The notes beneath the pieces were generated by a model. It saw nothing but the letters and a program-made list of their open reading frames with translations, searched no databases and had not been told where the DNA came from. Shown in pieces: positions 22,180-37,100 of a DNA stretch of 64,000 bases. The stretch's first letter is position 1; each line of letters starts with the position of its first letter. The DNA is taken from positions 23,552 through 87,551 of the forward strand of contig CDMY01000397.1 in the NCBI GenBank assembly GCA_001179505.1, in the 5' to 3' direction. Position numbers and translations under genes: made by a program. Origin of the DNA: Vitrella brassicaformis CCMP3155 (taxonomy: Eukaryota; Protista; Chromerida).

Positions 22180-25100
22180 ATGTCGCTCGAGCGCCCGCCA
22201 AAAGGTAAAAAGAAGGCGAGAGCGAACCTCGCTGTGGCCAGGCTCAGCAGCACACCCGCAGCTGGCGCCAGTTCTCTCACATCTGTCCCTGCTGTGCCCT
22301 GGCTGTATCATTTGCGTGTGCAGTGGGGCCAAAGCTGAAGGTCAAGTTCCCTGTCTTGAGACGAGCGGACTTCTCTGAGGAGATAGCGGCGCTCGGAGAT
22401 CTCTCGCGGACGCTGTGCGCCACCAAGACGTCTTCCAAGGCAATCCTCCTCACCCTCTCCAAGTATGAGAAGTCGCGGTACAGTGACGAGTCCCAGGAGA
22501 TCGGCAGCGAGGAGCCATCCACAGTCACAGCACTTCCAGCGATCCTGCCGCCTCCCTTCACGGGCGGCCCGGGAGGCGGTGGCGGGGCTCCTCCATCCAA
22601 ACCAGCAGTGCGCCGCCTCGCCCCTCCCAGCCCTTCGCTCGGCCCATCGTCCTCTCTATCAGCCCTGGAGCCAATCGATGGGTCGAGGGGAAGGGGCAGA
22701 GGGGCGGGGAGGAAAGGCAAGTTCACCGACCTGGGAGCGCCTGAGAGCAGGGAGGTTCTCAGCTCGTGGCTAGACGACATCTCCAAGAAAGACCAGCACA
22801 TTGGGCCCAAGACGGAGATCTCACCAGCAAGAAAACTGGTGGACCACTCTTCATTCGGTGCCGCGGCAACGAGAGGCACTACGACCCTTTTGGAGATGAG
22901 CAAGAGTGCTTCCGAGGGCACACTCAAGAAGCCTCGACCCCCAGAGCCAAAAGTGACCCCTGAAGACACCCAAGTCGATGAAGGGCAGAAGGTGCCCCAC
23001 AAGGGCGCGATGGGTGACGGCCTGCCTCTGGAGCTCTTCGACGACCCAGACGCCTTTGAGGACCTGCCGCCCGACGAGTGGGTGTCCCAATGCCAGCAGC
23101 GCCACACCGATGTGGGCATCTCTTTCGAGGAGGGGGCTGTGGGGCCGTCACCAGAGGCTGCGTGTGCGGCGCCAGACGCGCACGTGCTGCACTATCGCGG
23201 GAACAACGTACGTGAGATGGATGCTGAAGTTTGCTCGCTCATTTGTCGGGCACTCATTTTTATGTCTGTGTACGTGCAGCTGTCGATGGTGCCATGCTAT
23301 GTGCTGGGGTACAATGAGAAGCTGAAGCGCTTCCAAGTGGAGCTTGCTGACAAGACAAGAGTTCGGAAGTTTGTGAGAAGACTCGCGCTGCGATTCCATT
23401 CGGAAGATCCAGAGTAGGCACACAAGCAAGAGACACACATGGACAAGCCCATGTCACTAAAGGTGGGTGTTTGCAGCCGTTTTGGCGACCGTGTCAAGTC
23501 GTGTTATCGCAAGAAGGATCATGTAGAGCTGCAGCAGAAGTTCATCCGCTCCATTGAGAGCATCGACACGGACAGAATAAGCCCCATGCTCAGATCGACA
23601 AAAGAGCTGTTTATTCGGCACTGCCTCAATAAGGCGCACATCGACGTGAGACAGAGACACTGCCACCTATCCCACAGGCAAAGACTCAGAAAGGACTGCC
23701 TCTTGGAGTGTGTGTCAGCGTCCGCAAGATTATGTGGCAGAGATAAGACATTTGCTGATAGAGATCGAGCAGAACTATGTCATCTCGATGAAGTTTGCGA
23801 CGATCAAGGACCAGCTGATCGAGCTCAACGGCACTTCAGAGGCCTAGTATGCGCGGCATGACAGAACCACACTGGGAAGTCAGAGCTGGGAAGTCAGAGT
23901 ACAGAGGCGGCGCTTGTGCCTGTGTCTGTGGTCTGGTGTCAGTGTAGCTGAGGAGACATTGCAGTCGAACGAGTATGCGTCCTTGCTTGGCCCCTTCCTC
24001 CCCCCTCCCGTCCCCCTCTTTGCCCTGGCGGAGGTGCCGCCGCCAGAGCCACTCTACACCACTGCCAAAGAGAAACTCAGCCAAAACTTCAACTTCTCCA
24101 GGCCTAGACTAAGACCTGTGAGCAAAAGCATGGGCAGACCTGAGAGATGGTGATTCAATTGCGTGAATGCATCCATGTGTGTAGGTGAGTATGGATGTGT
24201 GGCGTCGGTTTGAGGAGGTGTGCAAGCTGCGCATTCTGGACACCAACCGAGGCCTGAACGAGACCTACATTCCTGGCATCATGACACACATGCACTCACC
24301 CACAGCCGGACCAACTGCTGTAGGCGAGTCACGATATGAAGAGCAGTGGGCAGCATCACACACATCCGTGTTCGTTCAGTCGTTCCGCCCGGCTGATTTT
24401 CTGGAGCATCTGAGGGTGCACAGACAGGAAGTGACGCTCGCACTCGACAGGCACTGGAGAGAATTCATCGTGTCAGAGGTATGCAAACACATACAGGCGG
24501 CATGACACAGTGCGATCACCCGACTGCTGACTTCCTTCCCATCTTGTCTCCTTCACCCACAGGTGATAGACAAGTTGTCGGAGGAGTTCAACTTCTTTGT
24601 AGACCAGGACGCCAAGTACACCCGGTCTGACCTGCACCGCTTCCTCAGGAAGCAGGACCTCATTCTCAACCAACAGATGCGGTTCTTCGTCCAAGACTCC
24701 ATCGACGAGTGGACACGATTCCTTGAGTCCTTCCTCCCCAATCCAGATGTGGTATGGAGCACATAGCGGAGCTGGGTGTCATGCCTCAGGACAGCATTTC
24801 TCCCTGGTTTGCATGTCAGGTTGCGCCCACGCCGTTGCTGGTGCTCCATATTATGGATAAGTACAATGCAGTCAGACTCGACCCTGATGCAAAGACGTGA
24901 CCCGGAGGAGAAACAAACTCCCTGACATACACAGTATCCGTGCTTGTGTTTCCAGGCTCGTCAAGTCTATCTTGGAGGCCATGAATGGCATTGTGGAGTG
25001 CTGCAACGCCATCAGAACCGTGGGTAGGTGAGACACAACACAAAAGCAGAGGGCAGCCACACGCGGCATGCTTGGCTGCCTTGTATGTGTGTCAGAGTAC

Positions 25101-28100
25101 GAGTTGGTGCCCTTCTGCAACATACCAGAGACACAAATGTACCCCATCACCATGACCTTCCCTCCCCTCCTCGACGCACAGAAGAGAGTCACCGAAGTGC
25201 TCGACCAGTGCCTCGAAGAACCAATCGTAGGAGGCACACATGTGTGATGCGACACAGGAGCTCAACGCGACCTCACACTATCTCGCTGCAGGCGTTGCTT
25301 GAGGAGTACAAGAGGTACGAGTATCTACTGGGCGAGAGGCCGGACCCGGAGCTCGATACCAACGACGTAGAGGTCATGCAGGAGCGAGTGGCGGCACTCG
25401 TCAAGGCGGCAGAGGAGGTGGAGTTCCTCTCGGCATCCGTCATGCGCTACCCGCTCTTCGAGGTCCACACCGACGGCATTGTGCACAGCCTGGTGACCAA
25501 AGCACAGCAGCTCGTCGAGTACTATCTGGAGAAGGTGGTGGAGCACATCACCAAGGGCAGCCAGGAGGTGCTTGAAAAGTGGCACGAGGTGCACGTGAGG
25601 ATCCTCACGACGCCCTCCAACGAAGACGACCTTGCGAAGCTCAAGGACTTCATGGCCAACATCCACAACGTCATGGGCCCGCTTATCAACCAGACTGACT
25701 ACCTCCACAGACAGATCCAGATGGTCAGCGAGTTCCGATACCAAGTGCCTGAAGAGGTCATCGAGGTACGTGAGAAAGAGGACGCTTTGGAGGAAATCCT
25801 TGATGTGGTCTTGTCTGTGCCGTTGTTGGGTCAGTCAGCCTTCAAGGCATACAGCTGGCCGCTGCAGGTCCAGATGGATGTCCAGGATACCACACGGAAT
25901 CTCGACCAGGAGAAAGAAAAGGTACATACAAAACGGTGTGCATACTATTTGTCTCATGTGTCTGCCCTGTTTGCTGCTGCCATGGATCCGTGCAGTTCAT
26001 GGAGCGTCTCGAGGAGGAGAAGGAGGCGTTCGAGAAGGATCTCGCGCAGTACAGCAAAGACCTCGACTTCGTCCGCTACGAGATGGGCGACTTCTCACAG
26101 GCACTCAAATACGCAGTCAAGATCAATGGCCTCAAAGAGGCTCTCGATCGGGCAAAGGAGCGTGTGGTTTCCTTCCAAGAACGCGAGAAGCTCTTCGGCG
26201 TCGAGGTCTCCGGTATGGGATGAGACCAATGGGCAGATGCAATCCTCTGATTGATGTATCCCTTGCCTCCACCCTGCAGACTTCTCCAATCTGGATGAGA
26301 TGGTTGAGCTCTTCCTTCCCTACAACAAGGCAGGCGCATTTACACATCAGCGTGAGTCTGACAGACGTTTCGTTGCCGTGTGTTCAGTTGTGGACGATGG
26401 CGATCGACTTCAAATACTCGGAGGACGACTGGCTCAACGGGGCGCTCATGAAGCTTGATGCCACAGAAATCGAGACCAGCGTCGACACATGGTTAGCACA
26501 AAAGTCGCACACACGCTGCTGCATCGGAGACCTATGACGACTGCTTTGTGTTGCCAGGTACAAGGATGCTTACAAGCTTGCGAAGGAGTTTGACACAGAG
26601 CCTGTGCCAAAGGGTGTGGCCGAGGAGGTCCGTGCCGCCATTGACGCGTTCAAAGGCAACTTGCCCGTCATCCGTGCCCTCTGTCAAGAAGCCATGCAGC
26701 CGAGACACTGGTCAGCCCGACACAGACAGCGACCTCCTCGGACTCCGAGACTGTGTACAGTGGTACTTGGTCAATGTGTAGGGTAGAGCTCTTTGAGAAC
26801 CTCGATGCTGATGTGGACCTTGAGGATCAGCTGACCCTCCAACAGCTCAATGAGATTGGTCAGCAACACAGAAGGATCATGCCTCGTCTGTACCGACTGC
26901 TTTGCCTTGTGTCGCTTGTCAGGCATCCAGAAGCACATCGAGAAGGTCGAGGAGATCAGCGCCGTAGCCCAGAAGGAGTTTGGACTGAAGAAGACTCTGG
27001 CGACAATGAAGGCGGAATGGAAGCCAATGGAGCTCGAGGTCACACTGGCTTTCGACCGGCTGTCATGGCATTTTGTATTTACTTGCCTTTCTCGATCCTA
27101 TCAGGCCTTGCCATACAAAGAGAGCGGCACATACCTGCTCAAGGGGGTGGATGACGTGCAGACCCTCCTGGATGACCACATTGTCAAGACGCAGGCCATC
27201 CGTGGATCGCCGTTCATCAAGCCAATCGAGAAGGAATGCCGCGAATGGGAGGCCAAACTCATCTACATACAGGTGACGTGGACGCGCTGACACATCCACG
27301 TAGGTTGCATGTATCTTGCGTTTGTCTTCTTTCGTATTTGCAGGATCTGATGGAGGAGTGGTTGGCCACCCAGCGGTCATGGCTCTATCTCGAGCCAATT
27401 TTCAGCTCCGAAGACATCATCCGACAGGTGACTGACAAGGGAAGCGCACGGATGGCTAGCAGCAGCTCATGAATGCGTGTCTGTGTGTTTCAGATGCCTG
27501 TCGAGTCCCGCCGCTTCCAGCAGGTCGACCAGCTGTGGAGAACAACAATGGCGCAGGTACACATCAAATCATCTCTTTGTAGTGGTCGTGGTCAATCGTC
27601 TGGTGCGGTCTCGCAGGTGCACGAGACGCCGAATGTCTTGGAGATATCCGAGATCGACAATCTCCTGCAGGTGACAAGAGCCCCCCTTCTTCCAGCAAGT
27701 TGGCTTCCCTCTTCCATGTATGTGTGTGTTTCTTCAGAACTTCAGCGACGCCAACAAGAAGCTGGATGAGATCCAGAAGGGCCTCAACGACTACCTCGAG
27801 ACCAAACGGTAATAAAATCCGATCCCTGGTCCACGCCATGGCTCACTGGCTTTTGTGTCTCAGTTTGGCGTTCCCTCGCTTCTTCTTCCTGTCGAATGAC
27901 GAGCTGCTGATGATCCTGTCCCAGACCAAGGACCCCACGGCTGTGCAGCCGCACATGAACAAGTGCTTCGAAGGCATCAACAAGGTCAAATTCGACCCAA
28001 CCAACTCCATCATCCAGGCCATGGTCAGTGCCGAGGGCGAGGTGGTGCCGCTCAAGAAACACGTGGACGTCAACCACGGAGAGAAGAAGGGCAACGTCGA

Positions 28101-31100
28101 GAAGTGGCTGGTCGAGGTGGAGGAGTCCATGCAAAACTGCCTCCGGGAGGTCATGAAGGAGTCCTTCTCGGTGAGACGGTCTCATATCCTGTCTCCGTGT
28201 CAAAATGTCTCCTCTTCTTTTCCTTCGTCGGCATGTACAGGCTTACGTGACGAAGGGTCGCACAGAGTGGTGTTTGGAGTGGCCTGGCCAGATCGTCCTG
28301 TGCGTCGATCAGCTCTACTGGACGTCAGAGACTGAGGAGGCCATCCAGAACAAGCAGCTGCCACAACACAAAGAGAAGCTCGACAAGGAACTTCAAGACG
28401 TAGAATGGACAGTGCACACACGGAGGGAGTGACACACGATCATTCACCCATGCTGTGTGTGTGTGGTCAGATCGTGCGTCTAGTCCGTGGCGATTTGACC
28501 AAGCTGAATCGCAGGACCCTCGGTGCGATGGTCACGATCGATGTGCACGCGCGTGACACCATCCAGGCGTTGATGGACCAGAATGTGAAGAGCGCCGATG
28601 AGTTCGACTGGCTGGCGCAGCTGAGATACTACTGGAAGCCACCCGGCACCTTCACCATGCGCGACGGCAAGCCAAACCCAAAGGCTGAGTGTCACGTCTC
28701 CATGGTCAATGCGACGCTTCTGTACGGATTCGAGTACCTGGGCAACTCTGATCGACTGGTCATCACGCCATTGACCGACCGCTGCTACCGCACTCTGCTG
28801 GGAGCCTTTCATCTGTTCTATGGCGGGGCGCCTGAGGGGCCTGCGGGGACGGGCAAGACGGAATCGACCAAGGATCTGGCCAAGGCGGTGTCTGTGCAGT
28901 GTGTCGTGTTCAACTGCTCTGATGGCTTGGACTACCTCGCCATGGCCAAGTTCTTCAAAGGACTCGCCTCATCGGGTCAGGCACGAAAGACGATGTAGGT
29001 GCTTTGTTTCTGCAGACGTCGCTTCGTGTGTTTGTCAATCAGGTGCTTGGTGCTGCTTCGATGAGTTCAATCGTATAGACCTGGAGGTACTGTCTGTGAT
29101 TGCCCAGCAAGTGCAGTCCATTCAGAACGCCATCCGCAATCGGCTCAACGTCTTCCTTTTCGAAGGTGAGACACCATGCAAGGGACGCCGTCGACGTCAC
29201 ATCCGCCTGTTTTACTAGGTACGGAGATCAAGCTCGTGCCGACATGTGCCGTCAATATCACCATGAACCCGGGATACGCCGGCCGATCGGAGCTGCCCGA
29301 CAACCTCAAGGCGCTGTTCCGTCCCTGTGCAATGATGGTGCCCGACTACTCTCTCATTGCCGAGATCGTCCTATACTCGTTTGGCTTCGAGGATGCACGC
29401 AACATCGCCAGGAAGGTACACAAAGCGACATCGGTGGATAGCCTGCCGATATACCTTGTGTCTCTCTTGCGGTCGCCAGGCAGTGGGCAGTCTACGGCTG
29501 TCGTCTGAGCAGTTGTCGTCACAGGACCATTATGATTTCGGTATGAGGGCGCTAAAGGCCATCCTTACGGCCGCTGGACAGCTCAAACGCAAGCTCGGAC
29601 ACGTCCTCGCAGAGGTGAACCCGCCAGACAGATGCAACAACTTCCTTCCAATTCCATTGCGTTGTCGCGTGCAGGATGTGTTGGCGCTGAGGGCGTTGAG
29701 CGATGTCAATGTGCCCAAGTTCACAGCCAATGACATTCCACTGTTTATGGGTATCATCTCCGACCTTTTCCCCGGCGTCGAGCTGCCGCCCTCCGACTAC
29801 GGCAAACTCGTGCCACAGATGGAGGAAGCTGCGAGGTCAAAGGGCTTGCAGCCGAAGGAGGCCTTCATCAACAAGTGCATCCAGCTTTGGGAGACAGTGA
29901 TGGTGCGACACGGGCTTATGCTCGTGGGCAAGACCATCAGCGGCAAATCGGCCGTCATGGACTGCCTCGCAACGGTAATAATTGAGCGACACACAGCGAC
30001 TGCTGGCATAGCGTGCCTCTTGTATATGCAGTCGCTTGGGGCGATAGCTGACGGGCAGAGTGACGTCTTTCTGCCGTGTGAGATCCACAAGATCAACCCT
30101 AAGAGCATCACGCAGGGCCAGCTGTACGGCGAGTTCGACGAAAACACACACGAATGGGCTGACGGGGTAACCACAGCTATCCAGGAGGATTATGGACATG
30201 AGATTGTGTTCTGCTTCTTTCAAAGGTGTTGGCACTGACTGTCCGCTATGCTGCCGGAGCGGAGCCCAGCAAGCGGCAGTGGATCGTGTTGGACGGGCCT
30301 GTGGATGCGGTGAGTTACCACGGCAAAGCGATTCCTCTCGCCCCTTCTGCTTCTTATGGGCCTCTCCGTGTTCAGGTGTGGATTGAGAACATGAACACTG
30401 TCTTGGACGACAACAAGAAACTATGTCTGAACAGCGGCGAGATCATCAAGCTCTCGCCAGTGACGACCATGATGTTTGAGGTAGAAGACCTCGCCGCTGC
30501 GTCGCCAGCCACCGTATCACGGTCAGTGGCCGAAAGCATCTTCAACAGAGCAGTATGCATATGCATGCCTTGTTGATGCAGGTGTGGGATGGTTCTGCTA
30601 GAGCCCGAGCAGACATTGGGGTGGCGTCCGCTGGCGCAGTCATGGGTCGGTGCTCTGCCTCAAATCATCCAAGAGGCTCACGGACAGATGATCCTGGACA
30701 TGTACGAGCGGCTCATGGATTTCGCTTTCCAAATCGTCACCAAGAAGGTCAAGAACCCCGTTCCCGTGTCCGAAAACTGGTGAGCGGAAGACAAGGAGAC
30801 ATAATGCGAAGCACGCATGTCTCTGGCAATTTTATTCAGGCTGATGCTCTCCAATCTCCGCATGTTTGAGGCGCTGCTGCACCTGCACCTGGGCGAGATG
30901 AAGGAGGGAGACGACATTCTGACCAAGGACAAGAAGGTAACCGATTGAACGTTTCCCGGTATGCTATGTCTGATGTCTCTATGTATCCCTTTCTCTTCCA
31001 TCAGGCAGCCCTTCCTCCAAAGGAGCGAGAGGCGCGGATCGAGGCCTTGTTCTACTTTGCGATCGTGTGGAGCATTGGCGCCTGCACGGATCAAGAGGGG

Positions 31101-34100
31101 CGGGTGGTCTTCGATGGATTCCTCAGGGGATTCATCAACGGACTGCCCGATCTGGCAAAGGTCGGGTGGGGAGAGATATCCACGTGTCATCAGCACCCTC
31201 TTCTCTTCGGTGCAGGAGTATGACCTGATTGGGACCTACGAGCCTCGACAGGGGAAGGGCGGCCTACCCGACAAAGGTCTGCTCTACGACTACTTCATAC
31301 ACGAGAGCAGCGGCAAGTGGACACCATGGACGGCACGCATCGGCACATTCGATATACCAAAAGTACATACAGCACAAGCCGAAAAAACGAGTGTCGGTGT
31401 CTGTCTGTCAACCCTTGATGCAATTCATGCAGGACGCCCAGCCCCACACGATCATCGTGCCAACTGGCGACACCGTCAGCAACGCCTACTTTCTCCAGGC
31501 CCTTGTAGCGCGGCAGTTTCATGTGCTCTTCTCGGGCGTCACGGGCACCGGCAAGACGGTCTCAGTCCAGTCTCAGCTGCTCACTGGCTTTGACAAGGAG
31601 TCGTTCACGTCGATCGCCTTCAGCTTCTCAGCGCAGACGAGTGCCAACCAGACACAGGACATTATCGACGGCAAGCTGGACAAGAGAAAGAAGGGCACGT
31701 TTGGTCCACCCCTCGGGAAGAAGTAAGAGGGTGCAGCACAGGCGACGTAACAGACATAGGCAGTGAGAGATGGCTGCTGTGCTCCCTGCAGGTGTTTGAT
31801 ATTTGTGGATGACCTCAATCTGCCTGAGAAGGAGAAGTACGGCGCCCAGCCACCCATTGAGATCCTCAGACAGTGGATGGACACCAGAGGTCCGACACAC
31901 AACCACACGTATATTGACTTATCGTCGACTGCCTAACTCCATGTGTCTCAGGTTGGTATGACCGCAAGACGTCAGAGTTCCGTGAGCTCGTGGATCTGAC
32001 GTTCATTGCGGCCATGGGACCGCCCGGAGGTGGCCGGAACAACATCACCGCCCGCTACAGCCGGCATTACAACCTCATCTTCCTCACGCCCTTCGAGGAA
32101 GAGTCACTTGTCCGCGTCTTTAGCACCATCCTCACTTGGTATTTCGACAAGGTCGGATTCCCCAACTCGATCACATCCGTCACACAGAGCATCGTCAAGA
32201 GTACGCATGCTGCCAGAGAACCACCACACACACCAGTGGGAAGATGTGCCTCTGTCCTTATGTCGCAGGCACGATTGACACATATCGGCTTGTGAGTTCC
32301 AGCCTGCTGCCGACGCCAGCCAAGAGCCACTACACGTTCAACCTTCGTGACATGAGTCGAGTCATCCAGGGGCTCTGTCTCCTTCGGAAGGAGTCACTCC
32401 AAGGCACAGACGATGTGGTCAAGTGCTGGGCACACGAGTGCGTGCGTGTCTTTGAGGATCGCCTCATCGACAAGGCTGACCACAACTGGTTTAAGGAGCA
32501 GCTCAAGCAGATTATGGAGACCAACTTCAAGCGCAAGTGGAGCTCTCTCGTCACCGTCGAGCCCCTCCTGTTCGGTGACTTCTCCGATCCCAAGAAGAAC
32601 CACTACCAGGAGATGTCCGACCAAAGCTCGCTGCAGGAGGTCATGAGGAGCCTACTGGCTGACTACAACTCCATGAACAGCAAGAAGCAGATGAACCTCG
32701 TGCTCTTCATGTCAGCCATCGAGCACGTGGCACGGATTGTGCGCATCCTTCGACAGCCGCTGGGCAATGCTCTGCTGGTGGGGGTGGGTGGATCGGGGCG
32801 CAAGTCACTGACCACGCTGGCGACTTTCATGGTCGACTATGAGCTCTTCCAAATCGAAATCAGGTGAGAAAGCAGACCAATGATCGTACGCACTGTCTTT
32901 GTCTTTCTTCCATTCTTCGTCCAGCAAGTCTTACGGCGTGGCCGATTGGCGTGAGGATCTGAAGAGGCTGCTGATGAAGGCTGGCGGGCTGATGAAGGAG
33001 GTCGTCTTCATGATATCCGACACGCAGCTGGCCAAGGAGACTTTCCTCGAGGACACGAGCGGTCTCCTCAACACAGGCGAAGTGCCCAACTTGTTCGGCG
33101 CAGAGGACAAGATGACAATTCTCGACATGTGCAGCAAGCCTGCACAGGCAGCTGGCAGAAACGGACCGGCAGAGATCATGGCATTCTTCGTCGAGCAGTG
33201 CCGCAAGAACCTCCACATTGTCGTGTGTCTGTCGCCTATTGGAGAGGCCTTCAGACGCCGGCTGCGCATGTTCCCTTCCCTGGTCAACTGCTGCACGATC
33301 GACTGGTTCATGGAGTGGCCCGAGGAGGCCTTGAGGTAGCGAGACATGTATGTGAAATTTAATGTCCATGCTTGACTGTTCCGCATTGTGTCAGGTCTGT
33401 GGCCAATCACTTCTTGGCTGGCGAGAATCTGAGCGCCGACGTCACCCAAGGCGTATCCAATGTGTGCGTGGCCATGCAGACGTCAGTCACACAGCTCACA
33501 GAGAGGTAACAGATAAGGGACGACGCTGTGCATTCAGATCTGCTTCTTCTTCTCTTCCTTCACAGGTACAAGCAGGAGGCGCGGCGATACTATTATGTGA
33601 CACCGACGTCTTACCTGGAGCTGATCAATGCCTTCAAGAGCCTCCTGAAGAGCAGAAGGAACGACGTGGGCACGCTCAAGAGCCGCTACGATGTGGGTCT
33701 GGAGAAGCTGCTGACGACGGCCGACCAGGTGGCGGTGATGCAGCAGGAGCTGGAGGAGCTGCAGCCAAAGCTCAAGCAGACGTCCCAGGAGACAGCCAAC
33801 CTGATGGTGCACATCGAGCAGAAGCAGAAGGAGGCCGCCGTCACGCAGGCGAACGTCGAGAAGGAGGAAGCCATCTGCAGCAAACAGGCTGCTGACGCAT
33901 CGGCTGTCAAGGAACAGTGCCAAACTGAGCTCGACAAAGGTCAGAGGGAGAGCAACTCATTCAGAGCTGAGTCTCACGTTTCCTTTGTGTATGTGTGTCG
34001 GTGAAGCCATGCCTGCATTGGAGGCCGCTCTGGATGCGCTGAAGAAGCTGTCCAAGGGTGATATCACCGAGGTGAAGTCGATGAAGTCGCCTCCCCCCGG

Positions 34101-37100
34101 TGTGGTGCTGGTGATGGAGGCCCTGTGCATCATGTTCGGCATCGCGCCCAAGAAGGTCCCCACAGCAGATGGCAAGGGCAAGAAGGACGACTACTGGGAG
34201 CCGGCCAAGAAGAGTCTTCTCGGAGACGCCAAGTTCCTGCAGCGTCTCTTCGAGTACGACAAGGACAACATCGCTCCCGCCATCATGGAGAAGATCAAGC
34301 CCTACGAGATCAATCCCGACTTCGATCCTGAGGTCATCAAAAAGGCATCAGTGGCAGCCACGGGCCTGTGCAAGTGGGTGCGAGCCATGGTTATCTACGA
34401 CCAAGTGGCAAAGGTCGTGGAGCCCAAAAAGAAAGCTCTCGCGGAAGCTGAGGCCGAGCTTGACACAGCGACAAAAGATCTGGCCGTAAGCACCCTAACG
34501 GGAATGCCCTCTGGAGACCGCACATAGATGCCGTTTGTACATGTCTTGTGCAGTCCAAGAAGGCGGAACTGAAGCAGGTGCAGGATTTGGTGGCGACGCT
34601 GCTCAGCGACTTCGACAAGGCCAAGAAGAAGAAAGAGGACCTGGCCAAACAGGTGGACGACTGCAGTAAACGGCTCGTGAGAGCAGACAAGCTCATCAGC
34701 GGGCTGGGCGGTGAGAGGAAGAGATGGACAGAGTCATCAGAACGTCTGGGGGTGAGACTGGGCATGACACCAACTACCTCACAACACCCCCACTACTAAT
34801 TGCTTTCTCACCCAGGCCGAGCTTGCGAGTCTGACTGGTGATGTGCTGATCGCCTCCGGCATCATTGCCTACCTCGGTGTGTTCACGGCCACCTACCGAC
34901 AGCAATGTGTCAATCAGTGGCTTTCTCTGCTCAACCACGAGAAGATCCCATCCGGCGAGGAGATCACGTTGCAGGGCGTGGTTGGCGATCCGGTGCAGAT
35001 CCGGCAGTGGGTCATCAACAAGTTGCCCAACGACAGCCTGTCCATCGACAACGGCATCATCCTGTCCAAGAGCCGCCGGTGGCCTCTCATGATTGACCCT
35101 CAGCTGCAGGCCAACAAATGGGTCAAGACACAGGAAGAAAAACTCAAGGTGAGACGAGACGGACTGAAACGCAGATGGTCTAATTGATTCGCTGCTGTTC
35201 AGGTGCTGCGCCTCTCCCAGTCAGACTATGCCCGCACCCTGGAGACGTGCATCCAGTTTGGCACGCCAGTGCTGATTGAGAACGTCGGCGAGTCGCTGGA
35301 TCCCCTCCTCGAGCCCCTGCTCGAGAAGGCCATCTTCAAGGCCGGCAACATCGAGATGATCCGGCTTGGCGACTCGACCGTTGAGTATTCCCGCGAGTTC
35401 AAGTTGTACATCACCACCAAGCTGCCAAACCCCCACTACCCGCCTGAGCTGTGCGTCAAGGTCACGCTGCTGAATTTCCTTGTCACGCCAGAGGGCCTTG
35501 AGGTGACAGCCTGGACATATATAAATAAGGCCACACACGAGTGTAGAGACATGTTGCTTTGAGTGCAGGATCAAATGTTGGGTATTCTTGTGGCGCGTGA
35601 GGAGCCAGACACAGAGAGGAAGCGACAGAATCTGGTGGTGGAGAGTGCCCAGTCTAAGGCCCAACTCAAGCAGCTGGAGGACAAAATCCTGGAACTACTC
35701 AGTGCCGCTAAGGTTGGTTTGATACAGGGCACTGGCCCGGAAAGACGTCTCCGTGTGTGTGCAGGGCAACATATTGGACGATGAGGAGCTGATAGAGACG
35801 CTGAGCAACTCGAAGGTGGCGTCACAGAGGATCGAGGAGAGAGTCGTCGAGCAGGAGAAGACACAGGCTCTGATCAACGAGACACGGCAGTCCTACCGTC
35901 CAGTGGCATTACGAGCGGCCCAGCTGTTCTTTGTGATATCTGACATGGGCAACGTGGACCCCATGTACCAGTACTCACTCGAGTGGTTCATCGACGTTTT
36001 CAACTCCGGCATCGACGTAAACAACCAGACAAGCCAGTATGCACCAGCCATCTTATGCTATTCTTTCACGTCTCAGAAAGCCGAGAAGTTTGAGAAGGGT
36101 GTGGATCAGAAGCTGCAGAAGCGCCTCACGGCCCTCATCACCAAGTTCCTGGAGCTGCTGTTCAACAACGTTTGCAGGTAACAGCTATGTCACAAAGGTG
36201 GCTGCCATGCACATCTCTGTGGCTGGTCAGGTCTCTCTTCGAGAAGGACAAGCTGCTGTTCTCATTCCTGCTGGCCATCAAGATGATGACTGTCGACAAT
36301 GAGCTCAACCACGAACAGCTGCGGCTCTTCCTACTCGGCGGCGGGGGAGGCGGCGAGCCATCACGGCCCAGACCTGCGGAGCCGTGGCTCACCGACGTAG
36401 CCTGGGGCCGTCTGCTGGAGATTGAGCGGCTTGGCGGGTCATTCGACAAGTTTGCCGAGAAGTTCGAGAGCAAAATAGCCTCATGGAAGGCCGTCTTCGA
36501 CTGTGAGAATCCCCGGGATGAGTCTGTCCACTGGCCCGGCGGATACAAGGAGAGCCTTACGCCGCTCGAGAAATGTCTGGTCATGCTGGCCGTCCGCCCT
36601 GACACCGTTGTGGGCTGCATCCAGGAGTTCATCGAGGCCAAGCTGGGCCGCTACTTCCTCGAGCCCCCGACCTTCGACCTTGACGCCTCATACTCTGCCT
36701 CTCGATGCACGTCGCCTCTCGTCTTTGTCTTGAGTGCTGGCGCCGATCCGATGGCTGAGCTGATGAAGCTGGCGAGCGCCAAGGGGATGGAGCACAAAGT
36801 GGCCGCGATCAGTCTGGGGCAGGGGCAGGGCCCCAAGGCTGAGACGGCCATCAGGACTGGAAGGGAGCAGGGAGGCTGGGTGGTGCTGCAGAACTGCCAT
36901 CTGGCCGTGAGCTGGCTGCCGACGCTGGAAAAGCTGATAGAAGAGTTCACCCCTGACACGATGGAGGACTCGTTTAGGCTGTGGCTGACCGCAATGCCCT
37001 CGCCCCACTTTCCCGTGTCAATCCTGCAGGTCAGAAGAGAGGCCGAATAAATGAAGATTTATCCATCGACAGCCTTCTTTTCGTCCAATGTTGTGTGCAG

